From Octopus vulgaris (lineage: Eukaryota), in contig OX597815.1 of the NCBI GenBank assembly GCA_951406725.2, positions 90,086,001 through 90,150,000 on the forward strand: a stretch of DNA of 64,000 nucleotides. The letters run 5' to 3'. The first letter of the stretch is position 1, and each line of letters starts with the position of its first letter. The notes under the pieces are model-generated. The model was not told the DNA's origin. It was given only the letters and a program-made list of their open reading frames with translations, and did not search any database. Shown piece by piece: positions 15,026-29,697 of this stretch. The position numbers were made by a program, and so were the translations under genes.

Positions 15026-16210
15026 GAGTGAATCTTTATACTACAATGAGTTTCACATTAGCAAAGTGTTTCTCGTTTAAGAGTGATAAAATGAGTTAAC
15101 TAAGTAATAACAGGGTTAACTAAATCAAATTTGAAATTGTTTCTAAATCGGATAACGTGGCAGAACCGCAGCGTTATTCAAAATATCGAAAATATCTCAC
15201 ACATACTGAATTCGAAATGATTCTATGATGCTTCATAACTTATCTATAATTACATGTTATATTAAAATACCATAAAAAATTTCGCACATCTGAACATGGA
15301 CGCTAAGACGGAACGAGCTATAACAACTAAACTACTTCTAGCGAAATAATAAACACTTGTTTAAAGTAAGGCACAGTTCGGAAAAGATGTTGGATTATTC
15401 AAAATCATAAGGTTAAAGGTACCACTGAGAGACATTTCATTTCATGTATTTTGTGTAGCTGGATCTTGTCACCCCAAACAGCAGTCCAACTAGGAGAGTA
15501 TGAACTTTGACTTTAATTCCGAGCGAACTATGAATTCAAAGAAAAAACTTCAATAGTAAACGTCGAAGGTACATCCACAAGCGAAGCACATAAATCAGTT
15601 TGTAGTTACGAACATTCTCTTTAATGTCGATCAGGAATCTTTAGTGCATGCATTTCATTTCTTTTGGATTCGTCGGTGTGGTGGAGAGAGTTTCTACTGC
15701 GTGACAAAAACTTGTTCACCTTAGCACAGCAGATTTGTGAATAACTACAGATTCACATACATTCACTAGCGTATATCTAAACCAACAACATGCAGAGTAC
15801 ATTCTAGCTTTGTTTACCACGATCTAACTATAAGTTGTAAGTGGAAACTGCTGCATTCTTCGATTGCCAGTTGAGAGCTAATAACCAAAAAGGTGGTATT
15901 GTAATGCAACGCTGAGTGCACAGAGATTAGGTACAGTAGAACGGAACCCATTCAAGGAAACAACGGCCTTTGAATTCTCCTCGTGATTCAGTCACTTTTT
16001 GGGTGTCTCTAGCTGCCGATAGTATTCATTCCTTACACTGCACAACATAACTTTTCAGACCTAGTACCGCAATGTTTACAGTGACTTCTGTGTTCAGTAA
16101 CTCACAGAGTTGTTCGGTATGGCTTTTAGAGTGAAGTGCGCTATGCATTGGGAAAATGTGTTGTTAAAAATGCACCTAAATTTCAAAAACTCGTAAATGT
16201 TTAAAATACA

Positions 16211-16387
16211 TTTATTTACATATATACCAAACTAGTTTCAATAATATTTTTGGTTTATCAATGGTAAAAGTTTAAAATTAGAAAAACATCTTTAAAAGTT
16301 TCAATGTTGACAAATTAAAATGTTTCAATATTGATAAATTAACATATTCAAAACAGGTGAAACTAGTTTGGTATATATGTAAATAAA
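16211..16387. repeat. Perfect 30-bp inverted repeat
   Basis: tttatttacatatataccaaactagtttca (16211-16240) pairs with tgaaactagtttggtatatatgtaaataaa (16358-16387). Confidence 0.9.
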
Positions 16388-16539
16388 CGTCGGCAACTGG
16401 TGTTTGTATGGTGATTTGGAGTTGCGGTTTCAACCTTGGGTAGAAGATTGTTACTAAAGTTTATTTTAAAAATATTTTGTTGTTCCTGATTGTTTTTTGC
16501 GTTGAAATTGAATGTTATCTTTATTTTACTGCTTTTTCT

Positions 16540-17160
16540 TCTTTCTAAAAGATATTCAGCTGTAGTTTATAATTTTTAATCAGTATGTTTTCCTTATTTA
16601 AACGGAATTCGGTTGAAGTGTTACCAGCGCATTGATAGAGAGGAAATATTTGGTATTTAGGGTCTATGTCTACGGGGCATTGGTCTAGGTGCTTGCTTCC
16701 GGGAATTTTCCTAGTGGTGGGGTCCCGGATTCGTTGCCTGTGCCATCGTAAGTCTATCCTTCAAAGTTAAGCTAGTTTGACCAATGTAGTCACCACCCAA
16801 CCGCCATATCTAAGTCCATAGATTAAGTTCTTCGAAGCACAGGTGAAATCATATTTTATGGTAAAATCTTGACCTGACTTAGATTTGTATGTTGAGCCCT
16901 CTAAGAGGAAGATGCAAGTTCCGCAGTTAGGGCGATTGCACTTTTTGACTTGAGGGGTTATAATTTTGGTGGGTAATTTGGCGCTGGTGAATAATTTTTT
17001 CGGGATTGCGGTTGTCTCTTGCTTTTAATAATCCTACGTGTTTCTAGTACCTTTTTTATTCGTGGGTCCTTCATGAGGAGGGGTATGTTTTGGTGGATGA
17101 TGGTGTATACTTCCATGTTTTTTGGATTGTGTGTTGATACGGAAGATAGAATTTTAAGTG
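16540..17160 (-). mobile_element. Penelope-like element remnant (GIY-YIG), related to the copy at 1-560
   Basis: Manual translation: STHNPKN...IIKSKRQP...VKKCNRPNCGTCIFLLEG...FTCASKNLIYGL...YIGQTS. Confidence 0.85.
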
Positions 17161-17161
17161 T

Positions 17162-17745
17162 ATCATGGTGTTTTCTTGTTTTCTAAGCCAAATTTTATAT
17201 TTATTTCTTTGGTAAATATATGTACTAACTGTAGTAATGTTTCCAGTTGTTTATCATTTGTAGCGTACAGTTTTACGTCATCCATATATAATAGGTGGCT
17301 GATTGTTTTGCTGTAATAGTTGTATCCACATCCTGTTCTGTTCAGCATGTCAGATAAAGGTGTCAGTGCCAAGCAGAAAAGGAGTGGAGAGCGCGTGTTT
17401 CCCTGGAATATTCATCTACTGAGGATGGCTTTGGTTTTTATGAATCCCTTTTTTGCTTGGACCTGTAGCACTGTCTGCCATTTATTCGCGGAATGTGTTA
17501 CATATTTTATGATTATTGGTGCTACCTTGTTCATGGCTTGTATTTCTAGAATCCATGTGTGGGGAATACTATCAAAAGCATTTCGGTAATCGATCCAGGC
17601 CATACTTAGACCCTTCTTGATTCTGTGGATGCCTTCAGTTATGGCTTTATTGATCATTAGTTGATCTTTACAGCCGTATGAGTCCTTGCAGCGTCTCTTC
17701 TCTGGAAACAGGTTATTTTCTTCCAGATGCTTGCTCAATTTCTGC
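17162..17745 (-). mobile_element. R4/Dong lineage B internal RT fragment
   Basis: ORFs 17163-17372 and 17412-17738 closely match the 5691-8075 protein (SYGCKDQLMINKAIT, HLLYMDD). Confidence 0.9.
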
Positions 17746-17747
17746 GA

Positions 17748-17804
<57 letters not shown>

Positions 17805-17892
17805 TATTGTTGTTGTTGTTGTTGTTGTTGTTATTTTTGTCGTTGCTGTTGTTGTTGTTGTTGTTGTTGCTGTTATTGTGGTAGTTGTTGTT

Positions 17893-18458
17893 AGGGCAGC
17901 GAGCTGACCGAATCGTTAGCACGCTTGTCGAAATGCCTAGCGTTATTTCGCGCGTCAATACGTTTTGAGTTCAAATTCAGCTGCGGTTGTCTTCACCTTT
18001 CATCTTTTCCTGATCGATAAAATAACTACCAGTTAAAGACTGGGGTCGATTTAATCGACTCATCCCCTCCCCCAAAATTGCCGCTTTTTGTGGCGAAATA
18101 TGAAACCATTATTATTATATTAAGGCGGCGAGCCAGAAGAATCGTTGCGTACTGGGTTCGTTGTGATCGACCGTTCCTCTCCCCACAAAATCCAGACCTT
18201 GTGCCTATAGTAGAAAGGATTATTATTATTTTTGTGATAAGGCGAGCTGGCAGAATCGTTAGCACGCCGAGAGAAATGCTCAGCGGTATTTTGTAAGTTG
18301 CTACGTTCTGAGACCAAATTCTGCCGTGGTCGACTTTTCCTTTCTTCGTTTCGAGGTCGATAAATTAAGTACCAGTACTAATGAAACACTGGGGTCGTTT
18401 TAATTGACTAGTCCCACTCCCCCAAAATTTCATGCCACGTGCCTTGAGTAGAAAGAAT
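17893..18458 (+). mobile_element. Three tandem SINE family A copies separated by (TTA)n
   Basis: Heads at ~17893, ~18121 (internally deleted) and ~18239. Confidence 0.85.
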
Positions 18459-18649
18459 TATTATTATTATTAGTAGTAGTAGTAGTAGTAGTAGTGTTCT
18501 TGTTGTTGTTGTTGTTGTTGAACTTCTTCTTCTTGATGTTGTTTATTTTGATGTTCTTTGCTGTTGTTCTTTGCTGTTGTTGTTGTTCTTTTGTTCTTGT
18601 TGATGTTGTTGATGTTGATGTTCTTTGCTGCTGTTGTTGTGCCATGGCT

Positions 18650-18900
18650 GTTACATACTATATTAGTTAGTATGGATGCTGTCTTGACATTTGATAACAA
18701 GTTTCCTCAGATCTCAAGAATCTTTTTGGTATTATTAAAGAATGCAGCATTGTACTTTCTGTGTACCAAACCGCAAGTATCAATTCCAGTCAATTCCGGT
18801 TTCTTTGGTTACGGTTTGGGAGTTGTGTCAATGCACCAAATATCACTCGAATAATTTCCAACTTATTCTTCAAATGTCTTTCATCTCGCCGGTTACATTT
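18650..18900 (-). mobile_element. Probable highly degenerate R4/Dong 3' end
   Basis: Reverse strand reads ...NAAFFNNTKKILEI* then ggaaacttgtt, resembling the QKAALLGT..ILRKVL* terminus. Followed by an (AAC)-rich tail. Confidence 0.45.
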
Positions 18901-19059
18901 TGATATTTACCAATATTTTCAATTTTGAGTCATGTTTTTTTTCTGTAATCTTTAAGAACTCTTCAAAATATGAAAGAGCTTCATCTATCTTTCTCTTTAC
19001 TGCCAAAACCTTGATAGAAGGAATTTCTTCTTCCTCGCGAACAATACCATCACTACCAC

Positions 19060-19400
19060 CACAACCACCAGGAAGAAAGGCTAAAAATAGACGGATACAA
19101 TCCTTTTAAATACGAGATAGCTTGACTGCGGAAAAGGAAAATGGGGAAGATAGTGCCAACTATTGTGGAATCCTTTGGTACAGTATCAAAAGGTATCAAG
19201 TGAAATATAAATGAAATCGGAAGAGTGTAGCTAGTAGAGCTGTTACAAAGAGTTTGCCTCCTTGGCACGACCAGAATCATATGGAAAGTATTAGATAATT
19301 GTAAAGAACAGATAGCATGGTATCGTACTCTGTAGGTAACAAGTCCACTGCGCATGCAAGACTCCTAGAGTTCCAATAAACCTGAGTAAAAAAGTTATTA
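19060..19400 (+). mobile_element. Degenerate R4/Dong C-terminus
   Basis: KIDGYNPFKYEIA...IVPTIVESFGTV...LLQRVCLLGTTRIIWKVL. Confidence 0.75.
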
Positions 19401-19779
19401 AACGATGACGTAGATGAAGAAAGTCAGAAAAGAAACGAGAAAATAATAGAACTATGAAATACAGAAGTAATTTGTTACCATACACTAGCGTTACCATACA
19501 CTAGAGTTACCATACACTAGAAATAGAAATTGATACAAGGCAAGTGTAAAGATATTACGGAAGGGTGTTAGTAGCCAAGAGGGAACATTTTAAATGTGCA
19601 AAAAACATATGCAGTGAGTGGTACAAATCTATCTCAGGTTATACGAATTACGAAAAACCGAGAAAATACAAGCCGTGAATAAATAAACTTGAGGTTACTA
19701 TATTTAACAAGCAGCCACATTAGCCTTCTAAACACATGATCACAAAGAAAGATTTTTTAAAAACTAAGCTGAAACACTC

Positions 19780-20100
19780 ACTGTTAACAAAAGTATATAC
19801 AACCAAATGACTACGAAGATATCAAATCGTCAAAATTACTGAATTATGACCTTCCCGCACAATGCCTTAACTGCAATAATATTGCAGATAATAAATGCTC
19901 ATGTGTAAGAAAATCCAAGACAGAATGGTATAAAGCCTCACATGTAAAAAATGAGTATTTAGCAACAAAGCCATAACTGAAAATTGCAGTGTGAGAGATA
20001 AACTGTTGGAACAATGTATACACTGATTACTGGTTGAAGTTTGACGGTCTTTCCAGCTGGTGGAAATATTTAGTATTAGCTACCATAATCAATAAGGTGG
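19780..20100 (+). mobile_element. Very degenerate R4/Dong RT fragment
   Basis: aacaaagccataactgaaaattgc (NKAITENC) and DY..FD.L..W remnants collinear with lineage B. Confidence 0.5.
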
Positions 20101-20173
20101 GGCGTGAAAAGTACTACATCAGTACCAAACAATTCAGCAAGTAATAATAAAACGTGACATATTATAAATGCGC

Positions 20174-20257
<84 letters not shown>

Positions 20258-20302
20258 ATTACTATTACATTAGAAAATGTGTGAGTTCCTTTTTTTCAGT
20301 TT

Positions 20303-20363
<61 letters not shown>

Positions 20364-20959
20364 GCACGCACACACACACACACACACAAATACATATACG
20401 CCAGGGTAACTAAGGACTGGAAACGCTATAACAGAGTACACGAATTCATCTGAGTAAATGTTATAAAAATCAGCTTTAAAAAAACCACAGCAAAATTGAA
20501 AAAACGAAAATAAATGAATAAAAACTACTATTATTATGTTAGCTAAAAGTCACGTATGAGATAATTAGATCAAACCTTGTCGTACTAAGAGTTATGAATT
20601 AATAAAGAATAGAGGCTCCAACCCATACAAATGAAAGAAAGAGCACAGATAAGTTAGATTAATATTTAAAACAAAGGTAGAAGCCGAAAGTAAAGATATA
20701 TACGTCAATAATTTTCCATTAATACATAATAATTATACACATAACAAAAAAAAATAATTGAGTTTACAAGACTTTGGAAGAAAACTAGATAAATAATGAT
20801 TGTAATATAAAATATATTACACAAAATCCTGCCAGTCAAAATATTTATGACTAGAAATACTGTGATTTCCTTTTATCACGCAAACACTTCTTTTAAGATA
20901 TATCCTGTAGGACTACAAATATCAAGCGAAAATAAGGAAGAGTTCAAGAGCTTTGTACT

Positions 20960-21145
20960 TAGGTGCAGGTGTGGCTGTGTAAAAAGAAACATGTTTCCTA
21001 TATACGTGGTTCGGGTTCAGTCCCACTGTGGAACTCAGGGCAAATGTTTTCTAGTTTAACTCCTGGGCGACTAAAGCCATGTGAGTGGATTGGAAGACGG
21101 AAACTCAAAGAAGCTCATCGTCAGTAAATGTATATATGCGTGTGT

Positions 21146-21200
<55 letters not shown>
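20960..21200 (+). mobile_element. tRNA-type SINE family B (CORE-SINE-like), 5' part
   Basis: gtggctgtg...ggttcagtcccactg...gggcaaatg...gtgagtggatt...gacggaaact followed by (TG)n. Confidence 0.8.
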
Positions 21201-21204
<4 letters not shown>

Positions 21205-22112
21205 CATGCAGCCAATGGTGCCCTTCTGAGGAAATTCAAGTCCTAACTAGCATTCCCCAGGGAACTGTTCTGGGGTCATTACTGTTCATCGGTCACTCGA
21301 ACAGCTACTATCACCAGCTGTGCCGATGACAAAATTGTCACAGGCAAGAAAAAGTCACGATGAGGTCGCAAGCTCACAGCGATACCTAAATTTAATACCT
21401 GAAAATGTTAAGCACTACACTCTCAACTCACGAATGCACTGCAGCCTGTATATACAGGACTCGATCGCACTGCAATCCCAGAGTCACAGGCAGTGAAAGA
21501 CCTGGAGATGAGTATGTGAAATGATGCAGCATTTCATATGCACATTGCCAAGATGGGATCAAAGTGCAGACAATTTGCAGGATGGAAGCTGAAGTTCTTC
21601 AAGACGACAGACCAAGCAACTATATTGACTCTATGGAGAACCTTTGTTCTCTGGCGCTTGGACTACTGCTCCCAGTTATGATCACCACATAGTGCCAAAC
21701 TAGCAGCAGAGCTTGAAGTAGTCCAACACCACAATGCTAAAAAGATTGAAACAGTGCAGCGGATGAACGTCAGAGACAGGCTGAAAAAACTGCATCCTTA
21801 CTCCCTGGAACGAAGGCGCAACAGATATATAATAATCTGCATATGAAAATTCTACAAGGGCTACTATCTAATTTAATCATTGACTGTTATACAAATGTCA
21901 GAACTGGACGCCATTGCATTGCACCAAAAGTACCATCCACTTCATCTAAATTCAGGACCAGGTACTGCTATAGCCTAGGGTTCAAAGGCCCACAGATCTA
22001 GAATGCCCTGTCAAAAAAATTAAATCTCCATGATGTGGATGTACATGTCTTGAAAAGGAACTAAACACTCTCATCCCTATAATATCGGATGAACCAATGG
22101 CCGACATCAGGG
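21205..22112 (+). mobile_element. CR1/L2-group LINE 3' RT fragment, degenerate
   Basis: IPQGTVLGSLLF, CADD, RLDYCSQL, RLKKLHPYSLERRRNRY, FKGPQI, DEP. Confidence 0.85.
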
Positions 22113-22116
22113 ATTC

Positions 22117-22313
22117 TTTCTTTTATTCTTTTACTTGTTTCAGTCATTTGGCTGATGCCACGCTGGAACACCACCTTTAGTCGAACAAATCAACTTATTC
22201 TTTGTAAGCCTAGGACTTATTCTGTCGGTCTCTTTTGCTAATTGACAGGGACGTAAACATACCAACACTACGCAATGGGTGAGTGGTAAACACAGACAGA
22301 CACACACATATGC

Positions 22314-22355
<42 letters not shown>

Positions 22356-22419
22356 ATACATACATATATATATACATATATATATATATATACATACATA
22401 TATATATACACATATATAT

Positions 22420-22465
<46 letters not shown>

Positions 22466-22606
22466 GACACGCTTCTTTCAGTTTCTCTCTACCAGATCTA
22501 CTCACAAAGCTTTGGTCGGCCCGAGGCTAAATTAGAAAATACTTACCCAGAGTGCTACGCAGTGAGACTGACCCAGGAACCATGTGGTTAGGAAGTACGT
22601 TTCTTA

Positions 22607-22610
<4 letters not shown>
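22117..22610 (-). mobile_element. SINE family B, full-length with internal microsatellite
   Basis: ttttacttgtttcagtcatt tail through gctttggtcggcccgaggcta...ggaaccatgtggtt head. Confidence 0.85.
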
Positions 22611-22695
<85 letters not shown>

Positions 22696-22749
22696 GCACG
22701 CGTCAATTAACGGAAGCATGCCAGATATAAGAGTACTCAGTAGGATTGC

Positions 22750-22932
22750 AGGAAGAAGGGATGGCAGTAGCGAGTTGGACGTTGCCGCTCTTGTTTGTGC
22801 CTCCTGTGGGTTAATCCTGCCAGCCCTTCTTTGTGCCTCTTCTGTTTCTCCGCTATTACAGATTCAACTGTCAAGAGGTTTTTTGAAGACTTATGTTCCG
22901 TGGTAGGGTATTAAAAAGTTGTGGTCCTTTGA
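22750..22932 (-). mobile_element. CR1-like LINE 3' remnant
   Basis: FKGPQLFNTLPRNI and ...AQTRAATSNSL, similar to the end of 21205-22112. Confidence 0.65.
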
Positions 22933-23050
22933 ACATCGGTCTGACCGAGGCTATAGTAGAAGACACTTGTCCAAGTTGCCACGCAGTGGGACTGAACCCG
23001 GAACCATGTGGTTGGGAAGCAAGCTTCGTACCACAGCCACGTTTGTACCT
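22933..23050 (-). mobile_element. SINE family B head fragment
   Basis: gaggctatagtagaagacacttg...gggactgaacccggaaccatgtggttgggaagc. Confidence 0.85.
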
Positions 23051-23944
23051 GCGTATTATTGAGAATGGAAAAACTGAGTACAAACAAAATTGTATCAAAT
23101 ATATAGCTACAAAGCATTCAAATTAAAAGAATTCAAATCGGACGTTGCTATCTGAAAAGTTTAGAACAATATAGAACTAGCAAACTCAACTTCAAATATG
23201 TAAATTATTTTATGAACTCATATCAATAAGTATGCTGCTTCATATTCTGTAGCACATTACAAACAAACCAAAGACCCCAACAGCGGATTAGATACAAACT
23301 AGCGGAACAATATGCTGGTTAACCATCAGGTTTCAAACGTCTCGAAAACATGTGACATCCGAGTAGACTTACATAAATCAAGATCTATTAAATATAAATG
23401 AAATTATTGAAAATAAACTCATGGAATTAACTACAAATCAAAAGAAAAATCAGAAATGATATATGTTAAAATAATACAGAAATGACATAAACTTTTAAAT
23501 CATAACAAATAACTAGCATGAATTAAACAAATGAAATTCAAACTAACTGAATATAATATCATTTAACGATAAAGCATTAATATCTATGCGTTGAGAACAA
23601 TTTAATATAAAGCTGTAACTGGTGAATATGCATAATTATAGAAAGTATTTCACCTACTGTTTTCGTCTAAAACATATGAATACTTTAAAAATATTTAAAA
23701 CAAACAAATCTTAAGTAAAATACAATTGGAATACTCAAAAGCATGTGTCGCAAGTAAATTAAAGTTAGCAGAAACGTACGTCTTCACTCCACTCCTACAT
23801 TCTGGTGGAAGTGGACTTGTACACAGTAATATCAAATATATATGACAACAAGTGGACAAATTTCAAAACAGCTACTTAAATTTTACATTTATTTAAAACT
23901 AATCCAAACGAATCATTTGTAATGTCCAGACTAAGGATATGTGC

Positions 23945-23989
<45 letters not shown>

Positions 23990-23991
23990 CG

Positions 23992-25340
<1,349 letters not shown>

Positions 25341-25546
25341 AAGCGAGAATGTGTATAGAGTTAAGTTATAGTACAAACTGTGTCCCTTTGAAGTACATCT
25401 GCATACTCCAGTATCCTAAACTATATTTATGAATGTTATATTTTTATATTTTATATGAGCGTTGAAAATACAGGCATACATTTTTGGGAGAGTAATTACA
25501 TATCAAAATAGAGTACTGGAAAAAAATTATTGTTATCTATGCCCCA

Positions 25547-25718
25547 TATAGTTTTAGTTTAGCCACATTTGTACAAATGCATATGTAACTCCTATAAGGT
25601 AACGTAACAAAATGCAATAAATAATAAATAATACCAAATTGATTTCAGTTTTGCGAGAAACACATAATCATACAGATATGCATTTGTACAAATAAAGTGT
25701 TGCTAAACTAAAACTATA
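25547..25718. repeat. Imperfect inverted repeat, MITE-like
   Basis: tatagttttagtttagc..atttgtacaaatgcatat pairs with atatgcatttgtacaaat..gctaaactaaaactata. Confidence 0.7.
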
Positions 25719-26050
25719 AATTACTACTTAAACTATGAATTAATTTCGTAAGGAAAGTTATTAGAGTATTACTATGAGAACCAGAGATGAAACGTAAATG
25801 GAAGACATGAGCTTGAAACATCCGTTTTTGCATTTTTGGAACATTTATATAATATATTCAATCAACTGATATTTTAAGAAAAAAGAAAACGGAAAATGAT
25901 CACAAACGCGGAATTCAGAGTTCGCAGACAATTTTTTTTCTTTTTACTTATAATGAATCAGAATAATTTATACTTATGCATATAGTTCTGTAAGTTATCG
26001 TTTCTCGGTGAATCAAAAGGGATATATATATACACACATGCATGCACACA

Positions 26051-26125
<75 letters not shown>

Positions 26126-26126
26126 T

Positions 26127-26173
<47 letters not shown>

Positions 26174-26361
26174 CTGTCTGTCTGTCTGTCCGTCTCTCTA
26201 TCTATCTATCTGTTTGTCTGTCTATCTGTCTATCTATATATCTATCTATATATCTATCTATATACAATGTGCGTGTGTGTATGTGTCTTTATACACATTT
26301 TGCTTTTGTGATATTACAATTATACAATATAGCATATTGCAACATTACAAGTACTGTGTAG

Positions 26362-26562
26362 TGCGGCGAGTTTGCAGGATCGTTAGCACGCCGGGCTAAC
26401 TGCTGAGAAACATTTCGCTCTCTTTACCTCTTAAGTTCAAATTCCTCCGAGGTTGACTTTGCCTTCCACCTTTTCGGACACGATAAAATAAATGCCAGAT
26501 GAGCACCGGCATTTACTCCCTGCCCCTAAATTGCTGCCAGTATGCCAAAATTTGAAACCAAT
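26362..26562 (+). mobile_element. SINE family A
   Basis: gcggcgagtttgcaggatcgttagcacgccggg...agttcaaattcc. Confidence 0.8.
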
Positions 26563-27087
26563 ATTACAAGTAACGTCATGTGTTATAGTAGTCACAATAT
26601 AACATACAACTTTTCAACGAATAGTATATTTTCTTGTTATTAACAATCTCCAGGTAAATGTTTATGTATTGGTGACATTCACAAATTGCTTATGTGCTTC
26701 ACATTAACAAACTCCTAATGTACTTCACTTTTAACATTACAAAATATTTTTAAATATTTAGAAAGGTAACTAAGTCAGCTCTGTTACTGCACAGGTATAT
26801 TGTAAGATAACCGACAGTTTAACGCGCCAGAATTAAAATTTGAAGAGGTTATTTTACTTACCTGGATTGTGGACAAGGGCATTTTTCGTTCTGTATACTT
26901 CCTTGGTTGGTCATAGGGAGATTCACTTAAACCAAAAAGAAAGTATCGCCATCTATTTGTACATTATGTGCGTCTCAAGAGTCATTTATTTGATTCGACA
27001 ATTATGTAACCCGTTCTTGTAATGTTCATTACATCCAACACTTGTGTCAAATAAAAAAAATATCATTGCTATTATTAATTTACTTTT

Positions 27088-27089
27088 TA

Positions 27090-27163
<74 letters not shown>

Positions 27164-27229
27164 TTATTATTAATATTAATATTATTATTATTATTATCAT
27201 AAGTAGTAGTAGTAGTAGAAGTAGTAGTA

Positions 27230-27310
<81 letters not shown>
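27088..27310. repeat. (TTA)n(TAG)n compound microsatellite
   Basis: Directly visible. Confidence 0.95.
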
Positions 27311-27763
27311 CAATAAAAGTTATATATTTGTTAAATGTCTAACAAGGACGATTATAAATTGGAATGTATAATAAACAATGCTAGACGAAGCAGCTGCTCG
27401 AAAAACTAATGTCTTGGTTAACTGCTATATTTTTTAGAAGAACAACTATGTGGCTAGATGAAACAAAGGTATCATGTATACCCAAAAGCATACATACCTA
27501 TATAAATACGTATGTGTGTGTGTATGTGTTAGTGTGCAGAAAAAAACAACAATTTGCGGTGTTAATCTCATATAATTACACATAAACTGACATTACGCAT
27601 ACACAGATAGGTATTATTCACAGAAACTGAAATTATAATCAAAGCCAACAACTTTTTTCCTAATCGCTCACCGTCCAGTGTTCTGGGTTTCTAAATAAAT
27701 CTAACGCACAAAGTGTGTCTAAATCTTCCTATTGGGAGCTCTTTCGTATCGTGTATTAAATTG

Positions 27764-27815
<52 letters not shown>

Positions 27816-28102
27816 ACACACATACAGAGATACACACATATACATATATTGATACAGGCGTAAGTTCCTCAAGGATCTCGGTGCAGGAGGTTAGTGGGTC
27901 TCATCATATACATAGCGTCCATAGATGATAAGAAGCGTGTAATACGCGGTATATGTAATACTCTTCCCCTTGCAACGGTGCAAGCAACCGCTGGTAATTA
28001 GACCTAAGGAAAAGAGAAACGACGGTTTTATTTTATGGGCCACGTAAGACCCGTTTAAGTTTAGATTAGATGATTATGTAGCCTTTATTTACCTTTTGTA
28101 TT

Positions 28103-28166
28103 CCTTACACTCTTTGATGATTGATATATGTATATGTATATAATGACCACTCGAAACAGCTGTAAG
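28103..28166 (+). ncRNA. Degenerate type I hammerhead ribozyme-like motif (Penelope-type)
   Basis: cttac...(t)TGATGA...cactcGAAAcagctgTAag: near-core CUGANGA (first C is T), GAAA, and a palindromic stem III acagctgt. Confidence 0.4.
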
Positions 28167-28332
28167 CCAAATTTGCTCTAATAGAGGAAAATGTAATGAC
28201 CATTATTCATAACATGTCTTATATATATGTGTGTGTGTGTGTGTGTATGTGTGTGTGTATAAAGGGAGAAGGTATATTAACAAAGAGATGGATAGGGAGA
28301 CATAGTTCTGTCTAGCATATGTCTCTCTATCA

Positions 28333-28369
<37 letters not shown>

Positions 28370-28420
28370 CACACGCACAAACATATATATAATTAATTAG
28401 TTAGATAGACAGATAGACAG

Positions 28421-28481
<61 letters not shown>

Positions 28482-28557
28482 GGAGGAGGGAGATATGTCA
28501 GTGTGTGTATATGTGTATATATACACATGTGAATCTGTGAATATGTATTTACACATA

Positions 28558-28647
<90 letters not shown>

Positions 28648-29610
28648 GAAGTGGTAGGGAGTTACAGAGAGTTTTTGGGGAATCTGAAATTTCATAAGTA
28701 TTAAACCCCGAATTTCTGGTTTTCGGTCAACAACAGAATACGGAAAATAAAACACATAATTCGTTTGTTAACGACAAAGCCTGGGAAAACTGGAATATCT
28801 TAATAATTGCTGGTTATATAAAATACAAATATTGTGTTTATTGGTTGATAATATAACCGATATTTAAAATATATTGTATCCATAAATAATCACTTTGATT
28901 GATTTCTTGGAACATAGGGAGCAGCAATTTTCTTGTTAGAAGAGTGATGATTAAAGGCTACTTGCCAACATAATGTGGCTGTCCTGGAAAGGACGAGGGT
29001 TACTGTTGTTTAACCCCAGGATAAATCGTTTCCATCCTGCTATACGACACAATATCTATGTCCTTATAATTTCCCACACGGAGTCCAACACACCAATACA
29101 GCACACAGCTACATCTGTGGACCGGTTTCTGGGTTAATGCATTGAGTTCTAGTAAATGTTTATAAACGTACATGAGAAAATTTTGGTGTCACGAATGTGC
29201 TTTAAATAGAAAGAGGCCGCTTATACATTTAGAAGCGGGAAGATAAGTTTACGCAAATCTATATAAATCTGTTGGAAAATATGAGCAGATTGTAAAAATC
29301 ATGTACATATATTTGGAAATATAAAAAAGATATCACTATTTTAAAAGTCTCAATCTGCAGGTAAAATAAGACCAATTTCTTCTAAATGTTTCCTGAGGAA
29401 TATTTGAAACTCGATATTGTCCTGCATTTTCAAAATCAGACATCGATCGGAAAGCGGAAAGTGGTAGAAACGATCTCTGAGTCCCAACTATGATGCTGTT
29501 TACCCTCGATTGTGACTCTTGTCGCTGAAATATACACGTCTTCACATACACATCAATACATTCATGCACTCGCGCACACACATACCTACATACATACACA
29601 CACACACACG

Positions 29611-29697
<87 letters not shown>

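Noticed and set aside
15455-15505. Possible small exon LDLVTPNSSPTRR after tttgtgtag
   Set aside because: Too short, with a weak donor and no recognisable homology.
19476-19520. Three copies of ttaccatacactag as a CRISPR-like array
   Set aside because: A simple 15-bp tandem repeat with no spacers, in a eukaryotic context.
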